A DNA stretch of 51,245 bases. Origin: a bacterium (GTDB lineage: Bacteria > Bacillota_I > Bacilli_A > RF39 > UBA660). The position numbers and the translations under genes were made by a program. The stretch covers positions 1-51,245 of the forward strand of contig JAUNNO010000003.1 of the NCBI GenBank assembly GCA_030531425.1, written 5' to 3'. Positions 17,660 through 28,780 of the stretch are shown in pieces (within the stretch, counting starts at the first letter, position 1; the number at the start of each line of letters is the position of its first letter). The notes beneath the pieces were generated by a model, which ran no database searches, was not told the origin of the DNA, and saw nothing but the letters and a program-made list of their open reading frames with translations.

Positions 17660-18538
17660 ATGAATATAGATTTAGAATTATATAGAGTTTTTTACACAGT
17701 TGCTAAGCATAAACACATGACAAAAGCAAGTGAGGAATTACATATATCTCAACCAGCTATTTCTCAGTCAATAAAAAAATTAGAGGATCAATTAGGTGGT
17801 ACCCTATTTTTAAGAAGTAATAAAGGTATGGAACTAACTATGGAAGGGAAAATGTTTTATGAATATGTTAAAGGAGCACTAGAACTTATTAATAATGCAG
17901 AAAATGAATTTACTTCATTTAAAGATTTATCTAAAGGTGAAATTAAAATAGGTTGTTCTACTACATTAACTAAACTAGTTTTAATAGATTCTTTAAAAAA
18001 ATTTCATCTAGATTATCCAAACATAAATATTAATATAATAAATGATTTAACTAGTAATTTAATAAATGATTTAAAACTAGGTAAATTAGATTTTGTTATT
18101 TTTAATGAAAGTAATATTAAAGAAACCAATTTAAATCTAGAAAAAATAAAAGAACTACCCCAAGGTTTTATTTATAACCCAGAATTTTATTATGATAGTG
18201 TTAATAGTTTTGAAGATTTAAATAGTATTCCTCTTATTTTACAAAAAGAAGAAGCAAATAGCAGAAAACTATTAGATTATATCGCTCTAAACAATAATGT
18301 TAAATTAACTCCTAAAATGGAAGTTGTAAGTCAAGATTTAATTACAGAATTTGTTAATATTGGTTTAGGGGTTGGTTTTAGTATAATAGATTTAGCTAAA
18401 CGAAACTATAAAAACTTAAAAGAATTAAAAATAAACAAAAAAATACCAAATATAAATATATATTTGGCAACCAACAAATATGTTTCATTAACATTTGCTA
18501 GTAAAACATTTATAAACTATTTAAAAACTAACAATTAA
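17660..18538 (+). CDS. LysR family transcriptional regulator
   Basis: MTKASEELHISQPAISQSIKKLE...LFLRS HTH, 292 aa. Confidence 0.95.
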   Translation: MNIDLELYRVFYTVAKHKHMTKASEELHISQPAISQSIKKLEDQLGGTLFLRSNKGMELTMEGKMFYEYVKGALELINNAENEFTSFKDLSKGEIKIGCSTTLTKLVLIDSLKKFHLDYPNININIINDLTSNLINDLKLGKLDFVIFNESNIKETNLNLEKIKELPQGFIYNPEFYYDSVNSFEDLNSIPLILQKEEANSRKLLDYIALNNNVKLTPKMEVVSQDLITEFVNIGLGVGFSIIDLAKRNYKNLKELKINKKIPNINIYLATNKYVSLTFASKTFINYLKTNN

Positions 18539-19635
18539 TTATATTTTTTAACAAGTCTTTTTGAAAGACTTGTTTCATATGGCTCAAATGGAAAATCAAA
18601 GTATGTATAATATCCACCTTTTGGTAAATTTAAAAATTTATCTATTTTTTTATTTGCTTTATCAGATATTTTATTTATTCTAAAAGTTCCCAAGTTAGTT
18701 TTAACCAGTGGTACAACATACCTGGTTTTGGATTTAACATTAACACAATATTTTTCATTAATTGGCACTAAACTTTTATAAACAGTATCCGTTTTTTGAA
18801 ATAATTTAAAACAAGTTGATAAATATTTATCTTCACAATTTAAAATTTTATTAATTACTTCTTGTTCTGAAAGAGTATATAACTCTTCAACATTTAAAAA
18901 TCCAGCATTACTCATTGACTTACATATATCCGCTAAAAATTGCATTACTGTTCTATCTTTATCACTTACCCATTCAGGCCATAATTTTGAAATAGTATCT
19001 ATATATTCTTCACAAACAGATTTATCCTTAAAAGTAAGCTCTATAACTCCGGTTTCATTTTTATCTACTATAATATTATTATAAATTTTTCTAATTCTAT
19101 CTAGTTCCCAAACTCTAAAAAAGGTTAATCCACTTGAAAATGTATATTCAAATCTATCTGCTGAGAGTTTTGGTGTATCATTATCAGCAATAGGATAAAT
19201 TTTATAATCACTAACTTCCTCTAGTTTTATTCCATCTCTTTTTAACAAACTCATAATTCTTTTTGAGTTTTTAATAATATCAGAGGTTCTTTCTTCAGTA
19301 GATTCTTGATTTTCCGAATCCCCATTCATAAAATCTATACAATGTTTAAATACTGGTGTTGCAATATCATGAAATAAACCCGCTAATGTTTGTTTTTTGT
19401 CGTGTGTGAAATTCCATATAATAAGAGCAACTCCAACACTGTGATCTAAATTAGAATACCAATATCTTACATTAAAACATTTTGAATAATCTGTTCCACA
19501 ACTCATACTAATTTTACTTATACGCTCCATCTCTGGTGTATCAATATATTCTAATAACCATTCTGGAAATTCTTCTGATAAAATACTAAAATACTCTTTT
19601 ACTTCATCATTTAAACTTTCATAATATTTATTCAT
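18535..19635 (-). CDS. HD-domain phosphohydrolase
   Basis: LDHSVGV, GLFHDIATPVFKH, LSADRFEY. Confidence 0.88.
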   Translation of the reverse strand: MNKYYESLNDEVKEYFSILSEEFPEWLLEYIDTPEMERISKISMSCGTDYSKCFNVRYWYSNLDHSVGVALIIWNFTHDKKQTLAGLFHDIATPVFKHCIDFMNGDSENQESTEERTSDIIKNSKRIMSLLKRDGIKLEEVSDYKIYPIADNDTPKLSADRFEYTFSSGLTFFRVWELDRIRKIYNNIIVDKNETGVIELTFKDKSVCEEYIDTISKLWPEWVSDKDRTVMQFLADICKSMSNAGFLNVEELYTLSEQEVINKILNCEDKYLSTCFKLFQKTDTVYKSLVPINEKYCVNVKSKTRYVVPLVKTNLGTFRINKISDKANKKIDKFLNLPKGGYYTYFDFPFEPYETSLSKRLVKKYN

Positions 19636-19818
19636 ATACTAATCCCCCATACAAAGTTTTATATTTTTTAAGACTTTGTTAAATATTATATCACAAATTT
19701 ACTAAGCAAACTATAGTTTTATTAAAACATTAAAAATCATGCACACGCAATCTATTAAATAAAAGTAATATCAAAAAAACTCATTTGTTTTTTATATAAA
19801 TGAGTTTTTTTAATTTTT

Positions 19819-20961
19819 TTATTTTACGTCTTTCAAATAATATTCATAATAATTATTATAATCTTCTTGAATAGTTATTCTTAACTTCCTATTTTTTATA
19901 TCATATGTAGAATTATGTGTAGTATGCCAAAAAAGTATATTATCTTGACTTCTTAAATTATCTGCAATAGTAATCCAATAATTATTTTTTATCTGATTTA
20001 GTTGATTTAACATATTTTTCCACTCATTAGAATTTTGATTTTTAATTAAAGATTGAGTAGCCATTTCAGAATAAAATTCTTGTTTATTATCATATCTATA
20101 TACATTTGAAAATCTTACTCGTTTTAACAAGTTCCACATACCATCAAATGTAGATGCTTCATCATAATAATTTTTTAATATATTATATCTTTCAATACCA
20201 GAAGAATGTTCTGTATAATCTTCAATATTATTATAATAATTTGTCATTATTTGTTCATTGCCTTTTTTTTCTTTTGCTACAACCTTATTATTAATAAACT
20301 CTACTATATAAGTTTTATTTTCATCTGCAATCATTGCATGTAAATAATACTTTCCTTTTAAATCTCCATATATATTTTTACTCTTCAATAATTCTATAGC
20401 TTCATCTGCACTTGATGCATTATCTAATACAAATCTAGGAATAAATAACATATGAAGATTTTCACCATTTGGATTTGTTCCAGTTACAGGTTCTACATCT
20501 TCTAAAGGAACTACATTAATAGAACATATAACACCACTATCATTAATACCATCTAGTGTTGCATTAGGAATTAGTTCTAATTGTTTGTCATATTCTCCAC
20601 TATCAATTTTACTTTCTCTTAATCCCATATGATTAGCTACTCCTATTGAAGCATGTCTTGTTTTTGTGGCTTTTACTTTCACTATAAACTCTGGCACATC
20701 ATTAAATATATAGTCAAAATTACGGCCATAGAAATTACCATTTCTAACAGATGAACAACCAAATGCTTCTTGATCGTTTATAGTTTCTAAAGCATCATCT
20801 TTAGTATAATCATTATATGTTATCTCGTATAAATAAGGTGCGACTTTTTTCAAATTACTATATTTTTGCTTAGCTTTAACAAAATTCAAGATAAATAATA
20901 TAGCTATTATAAATATTAATAATAAAATTATACTTATAAACAATAATTTAGATTTTTTCAT
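19819..20961 (-). CDS. Secreted or anchored Ntn hydrolase (choloylglycine hydrolase / C45-like)
   Basis: N-terminal TM, GCSS..FYGRNFDY, DGINDSG, MTNY. Confidence 0.82.
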   Translation of the reverse strand: MKKSKLLFISIILLLIFIIAILFILNFVKAKQKYSNLKKVAPYLYEITYNDYTKDDALETINDQEAFGCSSVRNGNFYGRNFDYIFNDVPEFIVKVKATKTRHASIGVANHMGLRESKIDSGEYDKQLELIPNATLDGINDSGVICSINVVPLEDVEPVTGTNPNGENLHMLFIPRFVLDNASSADEAIELLKSKNIYGDLKGKYYLHAMIADENKTYIVEFINNKVVAKEKKGNEQIMTNYYNNIEDYTEHSSGIERYNILKNYYDEASTFDGMWNLLKRVRFSNVYRYDNKQEFYSEMATQSLIKNQNSNEWKNMLNQLNQIKNNYWITIADNLRSQDNILFWHTTHNSTYDIKNRKLRITIQEDYNNYYEYYLKDVK

Positions 20962-21099
20962 ATTATCAAACTCCTGTACTATAAATAGTATAACATAAAT
21001 AAAATATCTTGTGTATTAAATAAATAAAATTATTTATATTTATAGAATATAATTGTTTTAATTAAATACAATTAATTAGAATTGAAAAAGGAGAAAAAG

Positions 21100-22389
21100 A
21101 TGAAAAGATTTAAGAAATTGTTATTTACATTTTTATTGTTGGCATTACCTAGTATTGCTTTTGGAGCAACGCTAAATTATGAAGCAGCTATTGATGATAC
21201 ACTTTATACAACGCTAGAAGAAGCTGTCTTAAAAGCTTCAGACGGCGATACAATCAAACTTTTAGCTAACGTTACATTAGAAGATACACTTACTATAGAT
21301 AAAGATATAACTATAGATATGAATGATTTTAATATTGAAGCCAAGCAAAAGGTTTTAAAAATAGAAAACGGAAATTTAGTATTAACCGGTAAAGGTACTA
21401 TAAGAGAAACTGTGCCAGACTATTATGCAATAGTATTAAAAGGCTCTAGAAATGAAGATGATATAGACTACTCTACACTTACTATTGGTGAAGATATTAC
21501 AGTTGAAGGATGGTCTGCTATATTAATTGATAGATTAGGAGAAGTTAGTGTTAATGCAATTACTACAATTTATGAGGATACCACAACATATGATACAGCA
21601 TACGGAATTAAAGTAGATGTATATGGTAAATTAATATCAAAAAATGATACATCAGATGATGGTGGATTTGGTATTTATATCAATGGTAATATAAAACATA
21701 TGACAAATTATCCTGAAGTACATATATATGATGGTGCTTCTATCGACAGTACTAACGCTGGTATATATATGGCAGGATATGGTGAAGTAACTATAGATGA
21801 AGCTAGCATAAATGGTATAGGTTCTGGTATCGCTATGAAATCTGGAGTTTTAAATCTTAATAAAACTAATGTTACAAGTACTGGAGAAAAGCAAAATCCT
21901 ATAAGCTATGCTGATAGAATAGGTCCTACTGGAGCTGCCATTTTAATCGAATCAAATAATGATTACGCAGGTAATATGATTATTAATATATCAGACAGTG
22001 ATTTATACAGCGAAAATAATTCAGCAATTCTAGAATATATTGGAAATACCACTACAAGAGATACATCAATAACAGAAATCAGTATCAATGGTAATGGTAC
22101 ATATACATCTAATAAAGATGTGGCTACATTAAAACTTTCAGATTACTTTTCTGGTAAATTTATAACAGGTGGATACTTTTCTAAAGATCCTACTAAATAC
22201 GTAGCATCTGGATATAAAGCAACAAAAGATGGAGATATGTATAAAGTTACTAAAAAGTTTTTTCTAAGTACTATGGCTGAAGCAGACAGTGAAGAAAAAA
22301 GTAAATTTCCTGTTATATTAATTATAATTGGTGGTGCAATACTAGTATTTGTTGCATACAAACTAATCAATAAATATAAAAACAAATAA
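21100..22389 (+). CDS. Membrane-anchored surface protein, probable beta-helix
   Basis: Signal peptide, YTTLEEAV..GDTIKLL, G/I/N-rich repeats, C-terminal TM with basic tail. Confidence 0.75.
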   Translation: MKRFKKLLFTFLLLALPSIAFGATLNYEAAIDDTLYTTLEEAVLKASDGDTIKLLANVTLEDTLTIDKDITIDMNDFNIEAKQKVLKIENGNLVLTGKGTIRETVPDYYAIVLKGSRNEDDIDYSTLTIGEDITVEGWSAILIDRLGEVSVNAITTIYEDTTTYDTAYGIKVDVYGKLISKNDTSDDGGFGIYINGNIKHMTNYPEVHIYDGASIDSTNAGIYMAGYGEVTIDEASINGIGSGIAMKSGVLNLNKTNVTSTGEKQNPISYADRIGPTGAAILIESNNDYAGNMIINISDSDLYSENNSAILEYIGNTTTRDTSITEISINGNGTYTSNKDVATLKLSDYFSGKFITGGYFSKDPTKYVASGYKATKDGDMYKVTKKFFLSTMAEADSEEKSKFPVILIIIGGAILVFVAYKLINKYKNK

Positions 22390-22504
22390 TATCTAAAAAA
22401 AGAATAATTAAAAGTTAAATAATTATTCTTTTTTATATATAATAAATATTTATCATTATCAATTATTTGTATTTTTCATAATATAAATTGTAAGGGGGAA
22501 TCCC

Positions 22505-22910
22505 ATGATTTTAGAAATTAAGAATTTAAAAAAAACATATCATACAAAAGATAGCGAAACTTTAGCTGTTAAAGATTTTTCCTTTGATATAAATGAAGGA
22601 GATTTTATAGCAATCGTAGGACCTTCTGGTTGTGGAAAAAGTACTATATTATCTATATTATGTAATTTAGAAAATAAATCAGCCGGAGAAATACTATTTA
22701 AAGATAAAATCAATTTAGGTTATATGCCACAACAAGATTGTTTATTTGAATGGAGAAATATATTAGACAATTGCCTACTTGGCTTAGAATTAAACAAAAC
22801 CTTAAATGAAAATACAAAAAACAATGTTATTAACTTATTAAAAACATATGGGCTTAGTGATTTTATATATAGTTATCCAGATAATTTATCTGGAGGCATG
22901 AGACAAAGAG
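22505..22910 (+). CDS. ABC transporter ATP-binding protein (NitT/TauT, YtlC-like), 5' half, interrupted
   Basis: Walker A GPSGCGKS and signature LSGGMRQR, then loss of homology at the element boundary. Confidence 0.9.
22904..22910 (+). repeat. attL core CAAAGAG
   Basis: Repeated at 39214..39220. Joining the two copies restores the ABC frame. Confidence 0.85.
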
Positions 22911-23078
22911 CTGGATGAATATGATGAAGACACAGGTAATAATTAAGAAAAGTTGCTTATAGCCCATAAAATAAGGGGAAAATCAACATTTGAGATTTTT
23001 GATTTTCCTAAAAATTGAAAAAAATTTTAAAAAATAATTTCAAAAAATTATGTATTTTTATAAGAAAAGAGGTAAAAA

Positions 23079-23474
23079 ATGTTATTAGATAATAATACTG
23101 ATAAAGTAATTGATTTATTAGATATGTATGATAATTTAAGTAATATTGATAAAATAAGATTAGCAATATATCTATTAGAAAACAAAAATTTTGATATTAA
23201 TTTTAATATTAAAGATATGATTATATTATTAAAAGAAGTTTTAAATAAGCTTGATCCAAGTTATAGTAAAACTATTGTTAATTTTGCTAAATACAAGAAT
23301 TTATTATTTCTTTCAGCCAAGTATTTAGAACTAACTGAAAAAGAAAAGAAAAACTTTTCAATAGAAATGTTATTTAATATCTTTGAAACTGATTTTAAAG
23401 ATAAAGTTATCAATAGAGAGATAAATAAGCACTTATATGTGTATGATTATTGTTATTCTATATTGAATAAGTAA
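23079..23474 (+). CDS. Hypothetical helical protein
   Basis: AGAGG RBS. Followed by a terminator hairpin at ~23478-23516. Confidence 0.65.
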   Translation: MLLDNNTDKVIDLLDMYDNLSNIDKIRLAIYLLENKNFDINFNIKDMIILLKEVLNKLDPSYSKTIVNFAKYKNLLFLSAKYLELTEKEKKNFSIEMLFNIFETDFKDKVINREINKHLYVYDYCYSILNK

Positions 23475-23550
23475 AAAAATACCCTAGTAGTCATTTGACT
23501 ATTAGAGTATTTTTTTATTTTCGCAATATCTTAATAGTGCGAACAGATTA

Positions 23551-24864
23551 TTAATTAGATTTTGCTTCAACCATCTCATAAATAATACATGTTTTACCAC
23601 TTAATTTAGAATTCTCTTGCTCACAATAATATCCATTTTCTTTATTAACAGTTTTGTTATAGTTTAAGCATCTACTACCATCATCTATTGATGTATATCC
23701 ACTAGGACAAGTTCTTTCTTTTTGTGGTTTTTGAGTATATTTAACTTCGCATTTTGTTCCATTTAATATGCCATCTCTCTCGCAATAATACGATGTTGGT
23801 TTAGTTTTTACTTCTTTATAACATTTATTGTCGTTTCCAAGATCTCCAGTCTTACATCTATAATCAGATTCATAATAAGAACTCATATCTACACAACCAC
23901 CATTAATTAATCTATCACCATTTAAACAACTACCATTTATAGTTGGTTTAGGTCCATAACATTTATGATTCATTAAAATATCTGTTGCTGGAGTTAATCT
24001 ACAATATTCTTCTGCCTCACCAATTAGTTCTTTTTTTATACAATATCCACTTACTGGATCATAATCTCCAGAATCACATTTTCCACGAGCATCATCAATC
24101 TCTTCACTTACACAATTATTGTTAATTAATTTAAATCCATCGTTACATACATAATTATTAGTTTCAATAGCTCCAACTTCTTCATAACATTTGCCTTCAT
24201 ATTCCAAGTAATTTCTAGGACATACTTCACCTTTACTAGCAGATACTCTTTTAATTTCTTTTAAGCAGAAATCCCCTTCAAGAGTATAACCTTCATCACA
24301 ATACTTGCCAGTTTCTTTTGTTTCTTTAAGCTCTGACACTGAATCATTTACTATATTCTCTAAAGTAATATTGTCATTATCTTGAATGATCGACTTTACA
24401 TATGCTATTTTAGCTGGACTTACATTATATTTTTTAGCAAGTTCTTCATCTTCTTTAGTTACACTTTCAATAATTACTATCTCGGTATGAATTCCTTTTT
24501 TACCAAATTCATACTCAATCTGCTCCGAAACCATTTTATTTGTAATTTTACCATCAACATGTAAAATAACATCTAGATTGTTTTCATTATCAACATATCC
24601 TTTTTCAATTAAATTAGATATTAGTATTTCAAATGAATCATCTAATGATTTTCCTTTATAATTATCATCTAATATATCTTTGGCATCATCATTTAATGCA
24701 ACTACGCTTTTGACTTTTTCACGTTTATATAAATTAATTTCAACGCTTGGATTTATGTCTAATGTAATAGTTGATACTGTTCTATTATTCCAAATAATAA
24801 ATCCTATAATTCCTATTACGATTACCAAGCAAACTATAATGGGTATAATTATTTTCTTTTTCAT
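23551..24864 (-). CDS. Membrane protein with RsgI-like extracellular domain and Cys-rich repeats
   Basis: TM, then LDINPSVEI..VVALNDDAK, then repeated C-x-x-G-[YF]..C units. Confidence 0.75.
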   Translation of the reverse strand: MKKKIIIPIIVCLVIVIGIIGFIIWNNRTVSTITLDINPSVEINLYKREKVKSVVALNDDAKDILDDNYKGKSLDDSFEILISNLIEKGYVDNENNLDVILHVDGKITNKMVSEQIEYEFGKKGIHTEIVIIESVTKEDEELAKKYNVSPAKIAYVKSIIQDNDNITLENIVNDSVSELKETKETGKYCDEGYTLEGDFCLKEIKRVSASKGEVCPRNYLEYEGKCYEEVGAIETNNYVCNDGFKLINNNCVSEEIDDARGKCDSGDYDPVSGYCIKKELIGEAEEYCRLTPATDILMNHKCYGPKPTINGSCLNGDRLINGGCVDMSSYYESDYRCKTGDLGNDNKCYKEVKTKPTSYYCERDGILNGTKCEVKYTQKPQKERTCPSGYTSIDDGSRCLNYNKTVNKENGYYCEQENSKLSGKTCIIYEMVEAKSN

Positions 24865-24875
24865 AGATTTTCCTC

Positions 24876-25637
24876 CTAATCATTAATCAATTTAGCATGA
24901 AGTACAACTCGTTTAGTACCATCACCAATACAACTTGATAGTGTTAGTATTTTATCTTCTCCAGATACTTCCACTTTATAATCATAAATTGATCTTGATT
25001 TTAATTTCTTAATAAATTTATCAAATTCATCATTATCTTTAAATTCAGTATTAATATAATAATCTTCAGGTTTAATCGAATAAGTAGAAAACACTTGATA
25101 GTAATAAATTCCTTTTTCAGTTACTAATACTATCTTTTGATTATCTTCATTTTCATACCAAACTTCATTAAGAGTATTTTTTAATGTTCCAAACATTGAT
25201 CCATCTCTTGTATTATGACCAAAGATAATTATATTTTTATCTGAATCATCAAACTTGTTATGGTAATCTGCAAATATCCATCCTGAAACATTCCATTTCT
25301 TTTTAAAGTTATGCTTTAAATAATAACTATTATCATTACCCCTAACAACTATATAATCTATATTTGTATTATTTACCTTAACATAAGCGACAGTATCCTT
25401 ATTTGTTTCTTTCAAAGTTTTAAAATCTATATCGTATTTTATTTTTTGATTTTCTTCAATAGATTCAATAATAGTAATTGAATCTTTAATAATTGTTTCT
25501 TGTATTTTTTTGTTATCCTTATTATTTTCTAAATAAGAAATGATTTTTATTAAAGATAAAAGAAACATAAAGAAAAATACTAACATGATTACAAATAATA
25601 ATAATTTTTTCTTATTTAATTTCCTTTTCTTCTTCAC
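24876..25637 (-). CDS. srtB: Class B sortase
   Basis: N-terminal TM, YYLKHN, IIFGHN..GSMFGTL, TLSSC..R. Confidence 0.92.
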   Translation of the reverse strand: MKKKRKLNKKKLLLFVIMLVFFFMFLLSLIKIISYLENNKDNKKIQETIIKDSITIIESIEENQKIKYDIDFKTLKETNKDTVAYVKVNNTNIDYIVVRGNDNSYYLKHNFKKKWNVSGWIFADYHNKFDDSDKNIIIFGHNTRDGSMFGTLKNTLNEVWYENEDNQKIVLVTEKGIYYYQVFSTYSIKPEDYYINTEFKDNDEFDKFIKKLKSRSIYDYKVEVSGEDKILTLSSCIGDGTKRVVLHAKLIND

Positions 25638-25645
25638 AATAACAC

Positions 25646-25996
25646 CTACTTTTTAATAAAAGTAAAAGTACCATTTTCATTCTTTAAAATTAATTTTTTT
25701 TCTTTAAATGAATATGAATACTTAGAATCTTCAGATTTTTCATTTTCAAAATCAATATATAAATAATTATCTTTTAATTTATAATTAAATTCATACTCAT
25801 GAAGCGACACTATCAATTTACCAGTATTATTTTTATAAAATTCATAAATTGTTACATTATCGTTAGTCCAAGTTCCAACTAATTTTAATTTATCTGAAAA
25901 AACTACTTTTATTACTAATATAATTATAACAAGAAAACATAAAAGTATTGCTAAGTTTTTAAGTTTTAATTTTCTTTTTTTCTTCAAAATAATCAC
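25646..25996 (-). CDS. Small membrane-anchored beta protein (DUF5640-like)
   Basis: TM then LVGTW..YEF...TGKL. Confidence 0.6.
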   Translation of the reverse strand: MIILKKKRKLKLKNLAILLCFLVIIILVIKVVFSDKLKLVGTWTNDNVTIYEFYKNNTGKLIVSLHEYEFNYKLKDNYLYIDFENEKSEDSKYSYSFKEKKLILKNENGTFTFIKK

Positions 25997-26062
25997 TTCC
26001 TAATTTTAAAGGCGATAATATTACTACTATCGCCTAAATACTATCTCTATGATTTTTTATAT

Positions 26063-28714
26063 TTATTTAACTTTAGATTTTTTTGATTTTGTAGCAGTAA
26101 TCATTCCAACAGATAAACCAAAAACTGATATTAATAACATCCCAAACCACATATAAATATTATCCCCAGTTTGCGGATTATTTGTAGTTGAATTATTAGA
26201 AGGTACTACATAACTACCAGTTAAGGCATAGTTACTTAAATGTTCCAAAGTCCCAACTAAATAATCACCTTCTACTTTAAGATTAATAGGATTTTCAGTA
26301 CTTATATTTCCTTGATCATCCATATCTACATTTATAATCTTAAATGTATTATATTTTTTCATCTCATCTGTCATTTTAATTTTGATATTAAATTTTGATT
26401 GACTTTCATGAACCTGGAATCCATCATCATTTATAACCTCTATTTCGTAGAAAGCTAAAAGTGTACCATAGTCTTTTGTTACATTCTTTAACGTTTCAAG
26501 AACTTGATTATACATTTCTTTTGGTATACCAGCTTCTTCTAATTGTTCATCTGTAAATGATAAATAATTAATTATAGTAAAAGTAAACTCTCTATCTTTT
26601 TCTTCAGTAAATGATATACTATTTCCATTCTCATCTGGTACAGTATATTTTTCTGTTTCAGCATTATTATTTTCTTCTTTTTCAACCCATTTAGCATATA
26701 ATGTTACATTATTAGTTATTGGTGTATTAAAATCAAATCTTGTAGATGAAGTTACATCTTCATACCAACCATCAAATGTATACCCCTCTTTAGTAGGAGC
26801 AGTTGGTTCAGATACAGATGTTCCAGATGTTACTTCTTTACTTTCAACTGCACTTCCACCATTTGAATTAAATGTGACTGTATATTTTGTAGTATCTGTT
26901 AAAGTTTTAGATACAACTGCATAGTTTGAAAAACTATTTGTTTCAAATGTTATTGTATTATTTTCTTCATTATATGTTGCATCAATTAATTCATATCCAG
27001 TTATTTCATCTCCATTATGTGTTTCATGAACTATAGCTAAGTTTTTACCACTCATATCATTTTCTAGTTCTAAAGTAATAGTGGCTTTATTATCAATATT
27101 TTCAACTGGTGTATCCCAAGATTCATAGTTTCCACTAGAATCTTTTTTACCACCTTTATAAATTGAATTATAAAGAGATATATCTAAGTAATTTTCTATA
27201 TCATAACCTTCATCTGTTGCTTTACTTTCAAAACCTTCCATTCTATTAGGAGACATACTAATAACGTCATTAACTTCTAATTTGGCAGTACCATTTTCAA
27301 AATTTGTATCGGTTTCTATATTACCAGATTTAACGTTCACAGAATTAGGAATTACTTCATCACTAACTTCTTCAAATATTGCTCCTAAATGAAAATTATC
27401 GGCACCGTTTCCCATATTTTCTTCATTAAATACTATTTTATACACTCCAACTTCATCAGTAGTAGTAAATCCAGCACTACTATTTGTAAGCCCTACTAAT
27501 TGATATCCAGGATCTGGTACAACTCTTATTGTTAATTCTGCTCCATAAGGAACAAGTGCTTCACCCCAAGCATCTCTTCTATCTGTATAAGCTTTATTAC
27601 CATCGTGCCACTCATAAATTTCACCAGTTCCATGAAACTTTGCACTATTATAATCATTAACATTATCAAACGTATAACTAACATTATCTAAATCTGTATA
27701 TTTTACTTCTACAAATTCAAGGCTGCCATGAGTGAATAATGAATCCTCATTTGGATCATAATCTGGTTCAGTATCTTTTTTATAATTCCATCCAAAACTT
27801 CCAACTAATTTTTCATTAGAAAGTTTACTACCTTCAACTACGATATTGTATCCATCTTCATTATATGGTACATCATTAATCCAAAATTGTAATGCTCTTC
27901 CTATATGATGTTCGTATATTTCATCTTTTGTATGTGGTGTTTGATTAGCATAATTAACACCATTTATTTCCAATTTTGAATATTCAATATTTGTCGCACC
28001 TACAAAGAAAAAGTCTACTGTTCCACTGCCATCATAATTATATTCATATTCAATTGGATTAGTTGTGCTTACACCGGTTGCATTAGGTGGCATTACTCCA
28101 TTTTTAAAAGTTGCGTTACCAAAAGTGAATGGTACTCCTTCTTCCTCTATATGATCTGCATTAATTGCAAATTTAAATCTAACTACATCAGGATTATTAG
28201 GTTCACTTTCTACATAATGGTATTCAATATCACTACCACTAATATTAATTGAAATATTTCCAGTTGTTCTAACAGTGTTATCAATTGGAGGTCCATCTAC
28301 TATCTCAACATCTAAGTTATTTTGAGGTGGATTTGTAACTACTAAAGTAAATATATAATTATTTCCATCAACTCTAGCATTTTTTTCAATGTAATTACTT
28401 AAGTTCCCACCATAAGAAATGTCAGGATAAGAATCTCCTTTTTTAGATGTACTAATTTCTATCGTGTATTCATTTGTAGCAGAATGATATTCATCACTAC
28501 TATTTGTCCAATTGGAACCGTTTATAGATACACTATTTACAGGATAACCATTATCATCAAGATTAAATGTAATAAAACTTTCTCCTGTTCCAATACTTTC
28601 TGCAAATACATTTATTATTGGTGCAAAATAACTAAATATCATTGCAAAAATCATTGTAAATGCCATAAATTTCTTTGGCATTTTTTTAATTGTTCTTTTA
28701 ATTTTTTTTGTCAT
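26063..28714 (-). CDS. Sortase-anchored surface protein with a Listeria/Bacteroides (InlB B) repeat
   Basis: Signal peptide, YTVTFNSNGGS..PTKEGYTFDGWY..TLYAKW, and NPQTG + TM + basic tail. Confidence 0.88.
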   Translation of the reverse strand: MTKKIKRTIKKMPKKFMAFTMIFAMIFSYFAPIINVFAESIGTGESFITFNLDDNGYPVNSVSINGSNWTNSSDEYHSATNEYTIEISTSKKGDSYPDISYGGNLSNYIEKNARVDGNNYIFTLVVTNPPQNNLDVEIVDGPPIDNTVRTTGNISINISGSDIEYHYVESEPNNPDVVRFKFAINADHIEEEGVPFTFGNATFKNGVMPPNATGVSTTNPIEYEYNYDGSGTVDFFFVGATNIEYSKLEINGVNYANQTPHTKDEIYEHHIGRALQFWINDVPYNEDGYNIVVEGSKLSNEKLVGSFGWNYKKDTEPDYDPNEDSLFTHGSLEFVEVKYTDLDNVSYTFDNVNDYNSAKFHGTGEIYEWHDGNKAYTDRRDAWGEALVPYGAELTIRVVPDPGYQLVGLTNSSAGFTTTDEVGVYKIVFNEENMGNGADNFHLGAIFEEVSDEVIPNSVNVKSGNIETDTNFENGTAKLEVNDVISMSPNRMEGFESKATDEGYDIENYLDISLYNSIYKGGKKDSSGNYESWDTPVENIDNKATITLELENDMSGKNLAIVHETHNGDEITGYELIDATYNEENNTITFETNSFSNYAVVSKTLTDTTKYTVTFNSNGGSAVESKEVTSGTSVSEPTAPTKEGYTFDGWYEDVTSSTRFDFNTPITNNVTLYAKWVEKEENNNAETEKYTVPDENGNSISFTEEKDREFTFTIINYLSFTDEQLEEAGIPKEMYNQVLETLKNVTKDYGTLLAFYEIEVINDDGFQVHESQSKFNIKIKMTDEMKKYNTFKIINVDMDDQGNISTENPINLKVEGDYLVGTLEHLSNYALTGSYVVPSNNSTTNNPQTGDNIYMWFGMLLISVFGLSVGMITATKSKKSKVK

Positions 28715-28780
28715 AAAATCCTCTACCTTTCTATTCAAAAATAACATAATATTTTTAAATAAAAAAGCACTAAAAAAAGA

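Noticed and set aside
22470-22490. Sigma-K/E promoter (CATAATATA) for the split ABC gene
   Set aside because: The -10-like match has no convincing -35 and is likely by chance in such AT-rich DNA.
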